This document shows positions 6,962-15,777 of a stretch of DNA of 60,712 nucleotides, piece after piece. A program made the position numbers and the translations under genes. The stretch lies in IMG/VR virus record IMGVR_UViG_3300032456_000003, positions 1-60,712 of that record. One strand, 5' to 3'. The notes under the pieces were generated by a model, which saw only the letters and a list, made by a program, of their open reading frames with translations, did no database searches and was not told where the DNA came from. The stretch is from a virus. Within the stretch, counting starts at the first letter, position 1. Every line of letters begins with the position of its first letter.

Positions 6962-9900
6962 TTACGCCTTCTTCTCGGCTCGCTTCTGGTCGGCGGCTGC
7001 GAGCCGACCGCGGAGCATCTTCGGCATCGGCTTCGCGACCATCTCCACCAGCAAGACCTCGTCGAAATCCTTCGGCCGATCCTTGCCTCGCCGCTCTTCA
7101 GCGGGCTTGCGGTCGTGCGCATCCTGCTCGGTCTCGCGGTCGCGGCGTCGCGCGCCCTGCTCCGCGACCTCGGTCTTGCGGCGGGCGACTTGCGCGGCCT
7201 GGTTGGCTTCCCACTTCTCGGTCGGCTCGTAGTATTCCTCGTGGACAAACGTCCGCTGACTCTGAGGCAGCAGTGCGATATTCTCGCCGGCGAATTGCCG
7301 TTCGAGCAGTCGCGCCTTGCGGCTCTCGTTCGTCCAGCGGCGGTATCCGATGTAGACGTTTTCCTCCTTGACGACGCGCGGCATCGGATCGTCGTCGTCG
7401 TAGAGCGAGGCCGGGGCGTCGGGCGCGTGCGGCGAGATCAGCGTGACGTTGCCCGCCTCATCCCAGGCATACAACTCGCACGTCCCAGCACTGTCCTTGG
7501 CAACCAGGCCCGCCGTGTTGCTGCCGATCCCGGTTGGGTTACCCGTCGCCTGGGAGAGTACCAGGCAGGGGGTTCCGCCGCCTGTGGGTGTCGCCCCTGT
7601 GCCTAGAACAGTATGGTTGCCGCTGACACGGAATTTTGCCGCGTTCTCCAGGGTGAGCGTAACGTCCACCGTGTCGAATCCGAAGTAGCCAAGCCTGGTT
7701 GGGCCGGTCGGGTGAAAAAACTGGATGGTGCCGGTTCGCGTTGCATCGCCAGGTAGCGCGTAAATGTACCCATTGCCCGACCCGATGTAAGCCGCGACAG
7801 ATCTCGCGTATACATCGCCACTCCAAGTTGTTTCGTTGTTATCGAGCAACGGAATCGTGTTGCCCGAGACGCCCGTGTCCTTGTATGCGGCCGTGCCCAG
7901 CCCTGAAAGTTTGGAAATACTTCCCGCTTCGTCGAAGCTATAAAGCTTTGCGGTTCCGCCATCGTCCTTGACGATCAGCCCAGCCGTGTTGCTACCGATT
8001 CCGGTTGGGTTACCCGTCGCCTGGGAGAGTACCAGGCAGGGGGTTCCGCCGCCCGTGGGGGCAGCACCTGCCCCCAGGACAGTGTGGTTGCCGCTGACAC
8101 GGAATTTTGCCCCGTTCTCCAGGGTGAGCGTAACGTCCACCGTGTCGAATCCGAAGTAGCCAAGCCTGGTTGGGCCGGTCGGGTGAAAAAACTGGATGGT
8201 GCCGGTTCGCGTTGCATCGCCGGGTAGCGCGTAAATGTACCCATTGCCCGGCCCGATGTAAGCCGCGACAGATCTCGCGTATACATCGCCACTCCAAGTG
8301 GTCTCGTTGTTATCGAGCAGCGGAATCGTGTTGCCGCTGGTGCCCGTGTTCTTGATTGCCGCCGTGCCCAGCCCCATCGTCGTCCGGGCCGCCGGTGCGT
8401 CGATGTCGTCGGCGAGCGACAGGCTAAAGTCGGTGATGGTTTTGGCGACGAGACTTCCGGTCGAAGACCTCGCCGGGAAGGTGTTGACCGCGAAGGAGGT
8501 CTGACTGAATGCGTCCGCCCCGGTCCCGATAGTGAGGGTGTTCGCTGCGATGGTCAGAGCAGCGAGCGCCGCGAGCGTTGCGTCGTACGCCTGGACGTTG
8601 GTCCCGATGACTAGACCGAGGTTGGTTCGGGCGGTGGGTACACTGGCGAGGTCGCTGAGGTTGTTTGCGACAGCGAGATAGTCTCCCGCTGCGGCGGTAG
8701 CGATAGTGCCTAGGGCTGCCGCCGTCCTCAGAGCCGCCGCGTTTGCCAGTTCGAGCAGCGAGCGCCCGTAGCTCGCCGTCGTCAGGGCTGCGATGGCGGC
8801 GAGGTCCGCGTCGTACGCCTGGACGTTGGTTCCGATGACCAGACCGAGGTTGGTTCGCGCCGTGGGTACACTGGCGAGGTCGGAGAGGTTGCTGGCTATG
8901 GCTAGGTATGTACTGGCCGCGCTGGAGACTGTCAGAAATCGCCCCTCGCTGCCGACAGTGACGTAGTCGTCGGCCGAAGCGGTCGCGATGGTGCCGAGGC
9001 CGAGGGCCGCGCGTGCGGCGGAGGCGCTGGTCTGGATGCCGACAATCAACCCGCCATGATAATCGTTCCCGATGACATCCAGCCCGTCCGCCCCGTCCAG
9101 CACCCCTGTTTGGCGATTGACCCGGTACCCAGTATTGCCTTTCCGGTTATCGCCGGCAGACGTGCTAGTCAGGGTGAACCACGTCCTGTAGAAAGTCTCG
9201 CCGGCAACTGGATCGAGAGATAAGTACCAACTGCCAGACTGTTGCCCCTCAAGTGGGTACGCAGTAGCCATCACGACCGGCCGACTTTGCGCTGCCAAAG
9301 TGTCATAGCCGCCGATGAAGCCCCCGTTGGGGAACATAACTTGAAGGCATCTCACTTCTCCCACCACGTCTACGCTCGCTCCCACCGTAAGATCAACACC
9401 GACATACATGTCGTAGATAGCCTCAGCACTTACGAAGGTCTTGTGTCCGCCAAAATTCTGTGCGGCCGTCGAGACGATGCCGGCCTGGCTCGCCGTCGCA
9501 GCACCGATGTCCACGCGGACCACGCCGGCTCCCGGCTGCGACACCACGAAGCCGTCCGCCTGGTCGAACTCAATCGTGGTCGTCGCAGCGTAGGACGGTG
9601 TCCCATCCACCTCGCGGACAGTGAGAGCGCCGGCGAAGTCGAGCCGGACCACGCCCGGCGATGGTTGCGACAGGGTAAGCCCGTCCGCCTGATCGACTTC
9701 GATTGTGGTAGTCGCGGCGTAGGACGGCGAGCCATCCACCTCGCGAATGGTGAGCGAGGGCAAGGTCGTCGCATCGTCCGGGGCCACCAGCAGCGTATCC
9801 TGCGTCGTCGTCGTTGCTTCCAGCGCGCGAAAGCCGAGCTTGTCTTTGGTGAGTTGGTACGATCCGCTGGCCGTGCCCAGCACGCCGTTGATCGCAAGAT

Positions 9901-10150
9901 TCCCCTCGGAATTGTCGTGCCAGGCCAAACACGGGGTCGTGCTGGTGGCATGGCCGATCGCGCTGGCCGGCACGCCGAACTTGCCAGCGAATACCACCCG
10001 CGCAGCCGGGATACTGTCCGTCGTCGGCTTGCGCACCCTGACCGCCGTGCCGTCCAGCGAGACGCCGAACACCTCCAGAGCCGCATACGGGGGAACAGGC
10101 GTCGTCTCCGTGTTCAGCACGGGCAACCATCGCAGTTCGGCCAGCTTCAT
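6962..10150 (-). CDS. tail fibre protein with internal tandem duplications (1062 aa)
   Basis: Largest distal tail ORF. It carries repeated NLSDLASVPTARTNLGL fibre-type motifs and a duplicated 157-aa module. The C-terminal tail is charged. Confidence 0.75.
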   Translation of the reverse strand: MKLAELRWLPVLNTETTPVPPYAALEVFGVSLDGTAVRVRKPTTDSIPAARVVFAGKFGVPASAIGHATSTTPCLAWHDNSEGNLAINGVLGTASGSYQLTKDKLGFRALEATTTTQDTLLVAPDDATTLPSLTIREVDGSPSYAATTTIEVDQADGLTLSQPSPGVVRLDFAGALTVREVDGTPSYAATTTIEFDQADGFVVSQPGAGVVRVDIGAATASQAGIVSTAAQNFGGHKTFVSAEAIYDMYVGVDLTVGASVDVVGEVRCLQVMFPNGGFIGGYDTLAAQSRPVVMATAYPLEGQQSGSWYLSLDPVAGETFYRTWFTLTSTSAGDNRKGNTGYRVNRQTGVLDGADGLDVIGNDYHGGLIVGIQTSASAARAALGLGTIATASADDYVTVGSEGRFLTVSSAASTYLAIASNLSDLASVPTARTNLGLVIGTNVQAYDADLAAIAALTTASYGRSLLELANAAALRTAAALGTIATAAAGDYLAVANNLSDLASVPTARTNLGLVIGTNVQAYDATLAALAALTIAANTLTIGTGADAFSQTSFAVNTFPARSSTGSLVAKTITDFSLSLADDIDAPAARTTMGLGTAAIKNTGTSGNTIPLLDNNETTWSGDVYARSVAAYIGPGNGYIYALPGDATRTGTIQFFHPTGPTRLGYFGFDTVDVTLTLENGAKFRVSGNHTVLGAGAAPTGGGTPCLVLSQATGNPTGIGSNTAGLIVKDDGGTAKLYSFDEAGSISKLSGLGTAAYKDTGVSGNTIPLLDNNETTWSGDVYARSVAAYIGSGNGYIYALPGDATRTGTIQFFHPTGPTRLGYFGFDTVDVTLTLENAAKFRVSGNHTVLGTGATPTGGGTPCLVLSQATGNPTGIGSNTAGLVAKDSAGTCELYAWDEAGNVTLISPHAPDAPASLYDDDDPMPRVVKEENVYIGYRRWTNESRKARLLERQFAGENIALLPQSQRTFVHEEYYEPTEKWEANQAAQVARRKTEVAEQGARRRDRETEQDAHDRKPAEERRGKDRPKDFDEVLLVEMVAKPMPKMLRGRLAAADQKRAEKKA
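7433..8374. repeat. 2 x 471-bp tandem duplication inside the tail fibre gene
   Basis: Residues 593-749 (GLGTAAIKNTG...SISKLS) and 750-906 (GLGTAAYKDTG...VTLIS) are near-identical. The plus-strand shadow ORFs 7443-7688 and 7968-8159 share the same peptides. Confidence 0.85.
8579..8896. repeat. 2 copies of a 228-bp-period repeat in the tail fibre gene
   Basis: (S/N)NLSDLASVPTARTNLGLVIGTNVQAYDA occurs at residues 420-448 and 496-524. Confidence 0.75.
9509..9745. repeat. 2 copies of a 129-bp-period repeat in the tail fibre gene
   Basis: REVDGSPSYAATTTIEVDQADGLTLSQPSPGVVRLD and REVDGTPSYAATTTIEFDQADGFVVSQPGAGVVRVD are 43 residues apart. Confidence 0.75.
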
Positions 10151-10151
10151 A

Positions 10152-12371
10152 TCAGAATCCCCCAGGGCTGTAAGGAGCCGGACCAGGACCGGACCGGCCC
10201 GGCATCGGGTTCGCCATCTGAGCGGCCGTCAGCACCGGCTCGGCCTGCTTCACGGCCGCTTGCAGATATTCGATCCGCAACCGCTCCGGGTACTGCGGCA
10301 CGTAGATGACGTGCTCCATATTCAGCGAGGCGGTCGTCTCCGCCCCACCCGGCCCGACCGACCACGAAACCTGTTGAATCGCTCCGTCGCAGAATATCAG
10401 TTTGATGCCGTTGTACAATCGCTCTGCGGAAAGCGGGGTCTGGTACTTCGCCGCCGCTGCCCTCAGGTAGTATTCCGCTCGCTCCAGCACCTCGCCCAGA
10501 TTCGTCACAGTGTCGCTGATCGTGTATCTCATTTCCACTTGCGCGATGCTCAGATTCACCCCAACGGTGGCGTCGTAAATCGCCTTGACGAGATACTCGA
10601 CATCGTCGTGGCGGATCACCGCCGGCATCGTGCCCAGCTTCGGCCCCGGCATCGTGTATGTATTGACGTACCTGAGCAGTTGGTTTGTTTCCGCGTCCCG
10701 GATATGACAGGCGCATCTCAATCTGATTTCCGCTGGGAGAAAATAACCCCCGTTGACGTGGCGGTGCATCGACTCGCTGAAGGTGACGAGCTTCCGCTCG
10801 GCGTTGATGCTGAAATCCACCAGCACCTCATCCGTGATTACGCTTTGGTGGGACTTGTCATCCAGCCTCCGCAATCCAACGTCTTGCTGCTGATAGACCC
10901 CGTAGCATCGCGCTGGCTTGACCTTGAACAAACCGTTGTAAAAATCGCGCGTGATGTCGAACCCATCCCGTCCGGTGATCTGCTGGTCCGCAGAAACCGG
11001 AAGCGTCTGATCGATCTGCTCGTTCAGCAAAACCACCCGGTGAATGCCCGCTTCCATGTCCAGCAGCCCGTACATCGGAATGTTTGCCTGGGGCAACCCG
11101 TTCTCGATGTTGACATTCAAAATTCGGTAGGTGCGATAAACCCATCGCTGGGCCATGTCGCGGGCCTCGGCATAAGTCAAGCGGCCTTCCACCGCCGACA
11201 CGTCGCCGAATGTGGGCGGACCCGAAGAGATCCAACGTCCCTTGATGCTTGCGCCGCGCGTGATTAATTGCCACTTGAGTTTGCCGGTGCCGGCTACCAC
11301 GGCCGTTGCAGTCGTGAACCCGGCCCCGCTCACCGGGCCAATGACGATAACGTACAGGCCGGTGTCTTCCGCAACGACCGTGAATCCCAGCCCGGCCAGA
11401 GCCGCATTGAGGGAATCGACGAGGCCATCGACGGCGCTGGGCACCAGGGCCGACGCCGTGTTGAATGGGGCTTCCCTGACTACGTCGCCGATCGTGATCG
11501 TCACCACGAGCGTTGCCGCAATGGCCAGCCCCGATGGCGTGATGTGAACGCGATGCCGGGCCGTGTGCATTTCCGGAGCATAGCTCAGCGCCTCGATTGG
11601 CTTGATTCGCCCGTCCCAGTCCTCGGCAACCGCTTCGAGTAGCCACTCAACCTGAAACTTGACCGGAGCGCCGACAAGGACGATTGTGTCCGGCTTTGAG
11701 GGGGCCTGGACCGAGGGGGAATAGCGGACCACGTCCTCATCGGGCAGCCCACCGCCCACGCCGACGCGGGTGATCCAGACGGTATCGGTGTCCGGCCGGT
11801 AGACGATGCGGCATCCGAGCGTCTCCACCAGCGAGGACAAAGATTGTGCCGGGTTGCTGTAATCCCAGTTGATCGCCGGCAACGGATAGAGCGTGTTCGG
11901 CGCGTCGATCCGGTATCCGGTTTCCCCCATCGCGTCGAGGCACAATTTGATCAGTTGGTGCGGCGTTTTTACCGTCCAGGGGACGTAGAGCTGTGCCGGT
12001 GCGAGGTACGCTCCGGATTCCACGTCACGCCTGGTCACGTCACGCGAGGCGTCCGGAACGTTGTGGCATCCCCGGACATATCCCGGAGCGTCCCGCCAGC
12101 GCCAGCGGCGGTCCAGGATTTCCACCGTCCAGGTCCGCCCGCCGCTGTCGAGCGTCTCGCGGATCGCAGTTACCTTGCAGTTTCGCAGGGTCACCGTGCC
12201 CACGCCATCGCTGAAGACAAGATTGCCTTGCAAGGCGATGTCGCCGACGCTGGCCTGGGGCAGAATGACCAGCGCGGCACCGCCTGGAGAGATCCCATGC
12301 GAGAGAGTGTATTGGCCCGAGATCACCTGCGCGATCCCCGGCCAGTACACGCCTACGATTCGGTCTGCCAT
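10152..12371 (-). CDS. tail tip/hub-like structural protein (739 aa)
   Basis: Long ORF immediately upstream of the fibre gene, with a 1-nt gap. The assignment rests on position and size only. Confidence 0.5.
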   Translation of the reverse strand: MADRIVGVYWPGIAQVISGQYTLSHGISPGGAALVILPQASVGDIALQGNLVFSDGVGTVTLRNCKVTAIRETLDSGGRTWTVEILDRRWRWRDAPGYVRGCHNVPDASRDVTRRDVESGAYLAPAQLYVPWTVKTPHQLIKLCLDAMGETGYRIDAPNTLYPLPAINWDYSNPAQSLSSLVETLGCRIVYRPDTDTVWITRVGVGGGLPDEDVVRYSPSVQAPSKPDTIVLVGAPVKFQVEWLLEAVAEDWDGRIKPIEALSYAPEMHTARHRVHITPSGLAIAATLVVTITIGDVVREAPFNTASALVPSAVDGLVDSLNAALAGLGFTVVAEDTGLYVIVIGPVSGAGFTTATAVVAGTGKLKWQLITRGASIKGRWISSGPPTFGDVSAVEGRLTYAEARDMAQRWVYRTYRILNVNIENGLPQANIPMYGLLDMEAGIHRVVLLNEQIDQTLPVSADQQITGRDGFDITRDFYNGLFKVKPARCYGVYQQQDVGLRRLDDKSHQSVITDEVLVDFSINAERKLVTFSESMHRHVNGGYFLPAEIRLRCACHIRDAETNQLLRYVNTYTMPGPKLGTMPAVIRHDDVEYLVKAIYDATVGVNLSIAQVEMRYTISDTVTNLGEVLERAEYYLRAAAAKYQTPLSAERLYNGIKLIFCDGAIQQVSWSVGPGGAETTASLNMEHVIYVPQYPERLRIEYLQAAVKQAEPVLTAAQMANPMPGRSGPGPAPYSPGGF

Positions 12372-12381
12372 CGGTCACCCC

Positions 12382-13632
12382 TCAATAGGCGCTGGGGGTC
12401 AAGGTCAGGTGCTCGCCAAGGTCCAGGATCACGCCTGCCGATCGGTTGCCCGACGTGATGCCGGCCCGCGTGAGCTTGATACCGTTGGACCAGACGATCG
12501 TTTTGTTGGGATCGATGATCTTGCACCCGGCTGTCGCCGTGCAGTTGGTGATGGTCTGTGACCCCTGCCCGCGCGAGCGGTCGAATGTGCCGTCGCCACC
12601 TGCCGAGAGCGTGGTGATGGTGCCGGTGGTCATCGACAAAAACGTGCCGCCGTCCAGGTTCAGCGTGCCCAGCGTGGCTGTGCCTCGCAGCGTGGCCGTG
12701 CCGTCTGTCAGGTTCCAGGTCGTGACGCTGCTGCTCAGATCCACGGTTCCGCCGGTTTGGATGAGCGTGGTAACCGCTGAGAGGCCAGTGCCGGCAATGA
12801 TTGTGACATCCGATGCCGGGCTGGAAAGGTAGCCGGAAGTGATGGTGGGGAAATTCGCGGTCTCGCCAGGACTGACGGCCAGCCCGACCGTACCCGAGTA
12901 GACCCGCAGCACGTTGTCCGCATGGCTCCCACGGAGCTGGAGCGGAGGCAAAGATCGGTCGGAGGAACTGCCGGTTTTCCACACCTTGACCGTGCTGGCG
13001 TTGCTGCCGGTGTTGAGCCGGATCAGGGGCGATCCGTTGCCATCGCCCAGGCCGATGTCCACGCTCGTCACCGTGCCGAAGGTGAGGTATGCCGGCCGAT
13101 ACTGGCGGTAGGTGCCGGTGTAATCGGGGAGTCCGACCTGGCCCACGCCAGCGTGGAACACGAGGCTGGCCAGGGCAACCGCCGACTGATCCATGTCGTA
13201 GAGAACGGGAATCGATCCGGCCCCGAAAATTACGTCGTCGGCGGACACCGGGACCGCATTGCCCGACCAGTTGGCGGCAATCCCATAATGGTTCGGCCCG
13301 CTGCTGTCCGTCGTTGTGGCGGTGACCAGGGCACCGCCACCAGTAGCCGAACTCGTCTGCGTGAACGGGACGCCAGCCGTGATGGCCGTGATCAATACCA
13401 CGGTCGTGCCATCGGTCGCAGTGGCCTCCCGGAATTCCGGCTCGCTCGATGCCGCGAACGCGACGACAAGTCCGGCTGTGATCTCAGCCACGGTGGCCGA
13501 GGCGTCGGCGGTGTAGGTGACCGCCTTGCCGCCGATTGTGATGGTGTAGGTCTGGGAGTTGCTCGCGGTGGGAGTCAGCGTGTTGACTTGCGCCGTCCTC
13601 CTCGCGTTCCCAATCCAGATGCAAGTCGCCAT
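12382..13632 (-). CDS. tail fibre/spike-like protein rich in T/S/G beta-strand repeats (416 aa)
   Basis: Trimmed to the ATG at 13632 (MATCIWIGN...), which has an AGGGGGGG SD. The T/G/S-rich repetitive sequence suggests a beta-helix-like fold. Confidence 0.5.
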   Translation of the reverse strand: MATCIWIGNARRTAQVNTLTPTASNSQTYTITIGGKAVTYTADASATVAEITAGLVVAFAASSEPEFREATATDGTTVVLITAITAGVPFTQTSSATGGGALVTATTTDSSGPNHYGIAANWSGNAVPVSADDVIFGAGSIPVLYDMDQSAVALASLVFHAGVGQVGLPDYTGTYRQYRPAYLTFGTVTSVDIGLGDGNGSPLIRLNTGSNASTVKVWKTGSSSDRSLPPLQLRGSHADNVLRVYSGTVGLAVSPGETANFPTITSGYLSSPASDVTIIAGTGLSAVTTLIQTGGTVDLSSSVTTWNLTDGTATLRGTATLGTLNLDGGTFLSMTTGTITTLSAGGDGTFDRSRGQGSQTITNCTATAGCKIIDPNKTIVWSNGIKLTRAGITSGNRSAGVILDLGEHLTLTPSAY

Positions 13633-13685
13633 GATGCCCCCCCTGGTGATGGGGGACATCATGGCCTAAAGTGGCGTCCGGGCGG

Positions 13686-13955
13686 TCAGGCGTTGTTTCT
13701 CCGCGACTTCTCAATGGACTCGAGCAGCTTTAAAGCCATGTCCTTGAAGACGAGGACGAGCTGCCCATGCGTTGCATCTTCATCTCTCACGATCCGCGCT
13801 AAGTTGAACTTAGCATCCCCGATCCAGATCGAGAGCGAATAAAATGTCGCCGCCACGCCCAGGAGGTCTTCCCACACCCGGAAAAAACAGTCGTAGACTT
13901 CGCCTGGGCAGTTGGCTGTGATCCACTCGCGGATCATCTTCAGAGTCTCTCTCAT
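13686..13955 (-). CDS. hypothetical protein (89 aa)
   Basis: Trimmed to the ATG at 13955 (MRETLKMIREW...), which has an AAAGGAGGAG SD. Confidence 0.45.
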   Translation of the reverse strand: MRETLKMIREWITANCPGEVYDCFFRVWEDLLGVAATFYSLSIWIGDAKFNLARIVRDEDATHGQLVLVFKDMALKLLESIEKSRRNNA

Positions 13956-13980
13956 AACTCCTCCTTTTGAATGTCTTTGG

Positions 13981-14625
13981 TCAGGCGTTGAGCGGGACGT
14001 ACCGCACCTCACGCCAGACTTTGCCGTCCTTGATCCAGTAGCGTTCGCCGGCCTCCGGATTGCGGCAGGGGCGGTAGTCCCGCTTGCCGACGTATGCGCC
14101 ACCCGCCCGGACGGTCACCGTGTGCAGGCCATCCGCGATACACACCACGGGCGGCTGTGACCTGGTCTCCGGTACGAACGCGGCTGCGTTCGTGGGGACG
14201 ACGCGGCGAGGGGCATCGGCCGCGACAACTTGCACATCTGGTGACTCCACGGGTGGCGTCTGGACGGCTTCCGCCACCACGGGCGGCTCTGGGGCCGTCC
14301 GAACAACCGGAACGTCCTGGCGGGCCTCTGGCGTCCGTGGTGGGGCATCCAGGCCAAACAACTCCGCCCACGCCTCTCCGGTGCCGGTGCTGCGATCCCG
14401 GAACTTGAGCCGAGCCGACGCGCCGACCGTGCTCGCGAACACCACGCCGAGCACGCCGACGACAAGGAAGATCGGGACCAGAAGCAGGAACAGCAGGCCG
14501 ATGCAGACCAGCCGCAAGCCGTCGGCGGTGCGGCTGGCTAGCCGCTGGAGTCCGTCGATGCAGTCTACCCCCAGGCCTGCGAGCAGTGCGGGTACGTCGG
14601 TGGCGTGCTTGAGGATGGCGGTCAT
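13981..14625 (-). CDS. membrane protein with Pro-rich linker (214 aa)
   Basis: Trimmed to the ATG at 14625, which has an AAAGGAG SD. The TM run is LVCIGLLFLLLVPIFLVVGVLGVVFA. A hairpin lies just 5' of the SD. Confidence 0.5.
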   Translation of the reverse strand: MTAILKHATDVPALLAGLGVDCIDGLQRLASRTADGLRLVCIGLLFLLLVPIFLVVGVLGVVFASTVGASARLKFRDRSTGTGEAWAELFGLDAPPRTPEARQDVPVVRTAPEPPVVAEAVQTPPVESPDVQVVAADAPRRVVPTNAAAFVPETRSQPPVVCIADGLHTVTVRAGGAYVGKRDYRPCRNPEAGERYWIKDGKVWREVRYVPLNA

Positions 14626-14640
14626 TTTCGTCTCCTTTTG

Positions 14641-14665
14641 AGCCGTCCGCACAGGGCGGACGGCT
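14641..14665 (-). promoter_or_regulatory. GC hairpin immediately 5' of the SD of gene 13981-14625
   Basis: AGCCGTCCGC-acagg-GCGGACGGCT forms a 10-bp perfect stem. The SD begins about 5 nt downstream on the minus strand. Confidence 0.45.
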
Positions 14666-14674
14666 GGTCTAAAA

Positions 14675-14868
14675 TCGGTATTACCTTTTCAGAAACTCAG
14701 GGCGTTTTTGCTCTGGGATAAATTCCCGGCCCTCTAGGTGCCCGTGGAATTTATCCCAGACCAGTTTTTTCGTTTTTAGCCTACGTTTGTAGGTTTTTGC
14801 TTGGGATAAATTCGTTTGGAAAAAACGAGTTCTTCCCACGGGGCTTTTCGGTATTACCTTTTCAGAAA
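14675..14868. repeat. composite AT-rich repeat element, copy A (173-bp-spaced direct repeats, 3 GGGATAAATTC boxes)
   Basis: TCGGTATTACCTTTTCAGAAA occurs at 14675-14695 and 14848-14868. The inverted repeat CTGGGATAAATTCC/GGAATTTATCCCAG lies at 14713-14726 and 14746-14759, and a third box lies at 14803-14813. It is homologous to 47340-47528. Confidence 0.8.
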
Positions 14869-15080
14869 GGGGCCTCCTCGGGGTCGTCTTCCTGGCCAGC
14901 GCCGTCGATGGCCTCGTCGAACTCCATCATGGCCGCGTAGGCCTCACCGTATATCCGATCCAGGGCGCGGTAGGCGTCCTCGTCGTTCTCGGCCGCACAG
15001 TTGGCGGTCGCTGCCAGAACGAGGATTCTGGCGATGGTGGCCTTGAGGTAGGCGGCCGGGCCAGTGGTCGTGGTCAGCAT
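14862..15080 (-). CDS. small acidic protein (72 aa), second gene of operon P3
   Basis: Trimmed to the ATG at 15080 (MLTTTTGPAAYLK...), which has a GAAGGAG SD. Its stop codon lies inside the direct repeat of element A. Confidence 0.5.
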   Translation of the reverse strand: MLTTTTGPAAYLKATIARILVLAATANCAAENDEDAYRALDRIYGEAYAAMMEFDEAIDGAGQEDDPEEAPF

Positions 15081-15114
15081 GATCGGGACTCCTTCGGTTC
15101 GGTCGTGTCGTTCG

Positions 15115-15162
15115 GTCAAAATCCCCGCCCCGGAATCGAACCGGGGAAGCCAGTCGGGGTGG
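15115..15162 (-). promoter_or_regulatory. tRNA T-arm/acceptor-like minihelix, copy 2
   Basis: The minus strand reads CCCCG-ACUGGCUU-CCCCGG-UUCGAUU-CCGGGG-CGGGG-AUUUUGACCGAAC. It starts about 10 nt after the stop of 15173-15328. Confidence 0.6.
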
Positions 15163-15172
15163 TTGCGCCGGG

Positions 15173-15328
15173 TTACTTACTGCTGGCCAGGTCGGCCAGG
15201 TCGGCAACGATGACGAAGATGATCAGACCGACAACCGGCATCGCGGTCAGCGAGCCGCAGTAGACCGTCAGGGCGATCGACAGGACGTTCAGCAGGACCA
15301 GCGTCGTCAGCGTGAGGAAAGCCTTCAT
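15173..15328 (-). CDS. small two-TM membrane protein (51 aa), first gene behind promoter P3
   Basis: MKAFLTLTTLVLLNVLSIALTVYCGSLTAMPVVGLIIFVIVADLADLASSK. The ATG at 15328 follows the conserved leader and a CCGGAG SD. Confidence 0.5.
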   Translation of the reverse strand: MKAFLTLTTLVLLNVLSIALTVYCGSLTAMPVVGLIIFVIVADLADLASSK

Positions 15329-15370
15329 GATCGTCTCCGGTTTGCGTGTGTCGTTCTTCCTTACACCACT

Positions 15371-15399
15371 ATAATAGTATCCATCGTCCATCAAGTCAA
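15371..15399 (-). promoter_or_regulatory. early promoter P3 (TTGACT-17-TATTAT)
   Basis: The -35 is at 15394-15399 and the -10 at 15371-15376 on the minus strand. The transcript starts with the conserved leader GTGTAAGGAAGAACGAC. Confidence 0.6.
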
Positions 15400-15403
15400 G
15401 CCT

Positions 15404-15426
15404 AATTCTGGACATTGTCCAGAATT
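15404..15426. promoter_or_regulatory. palindromic operator AATTCTGGAC-att-GTCCAGAATT upstream of P3
   Basis: Perfect 10-bp arms with a 3-nt spacer. The same palindrome occurs at 16193-16215 next to the RHH gene. Confidence 0.6.
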
Positions 15427-15436
15427 TTCTACCGGG

Positions 15437-15754
15437 TCACTCGTCGTCGAATCTGATGACATTCGCACGCTGGTAGGCGTGGCCAGCTTGCCAGTTGCTG
15501 AATGTCCTCTCGACGACGATCCTTCTTCCGTTGCTCGCGCAGCCGAACTGGATCGAGACCGTCACCCATCCGGCTTCCGCCATCGGCAGGAACGCGGCGG
15601 CGAAGCCCTCCGCGTTCTCGATGGTGGTGTCGATGGTCAGGCGGTCTGGCCGTCGGCAAGTGATGCCTGCGGACTGACTGCCGCCGATCATGGCTCGGGC
15701 ATCGCTCTCGGCAATGCAGAGGGTGGTCTCGGTCTCGGTGTCGAAGTAATACAT
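15437..15754 (-). CDS. hypothetical protein (105 aa), second gene of operon P4
   Basis: Trimmed to the ATG at 15754 (MYYFDTETETT...), which has a GAAGGAG SD. The longer track ORF would read through the hairpin and the upstream gene. Confidence 0.55.
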   Translation of the reverse strand: MYYFDTETETTLCIAESDARAMIGGSQSAGITCRRPDRLTIDTTIENAEGFAAAFLPMAEAGWVTVSIQFGCASNGRRIVVERTFSNWQAGHAYQRANVIRFDDE

Positions 15755-15777
15755 GGTCGTCTCCTTCGGGTTCAGCG

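Noticed and set aside
7433-8374. Tail-fibre repeats as a diversity-generating retroelement (template/variable repeat pair).
   Set aside because: Both copies are in-frame parts of the same gene. No reverse transcriptase-like ORF is recognisable in any frame of the genome.
14675-14868. The direct repeats of elements A and B as a mini CRISPR array.
   Set aside because: Each locus has only two repeats. The 152-bp sequence between them is itself conserved between loci, so it is not a unique spacer. No cas genes are present.
14816-15046. Plus-strand ORFs 14816-15046 and 47482-47808, which share the peptide KTSSSHGAFRYYLF.
   Set aside because: The shared peptide simply reflects translation of the repeated non-coding element. 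The ORFs start at non-ATG codons, lack an SD and run antisense into real genes.
15115-15162. The T-loop-containing elements as genuine tRNA genes or tRNA-derived attP cores.
   Set aside because: They are only about 50 nt long, with no D-arm or anticodon arm. There are five different copies, all in intergenic operon positions. I could recognise no integrase or recombinase gene.
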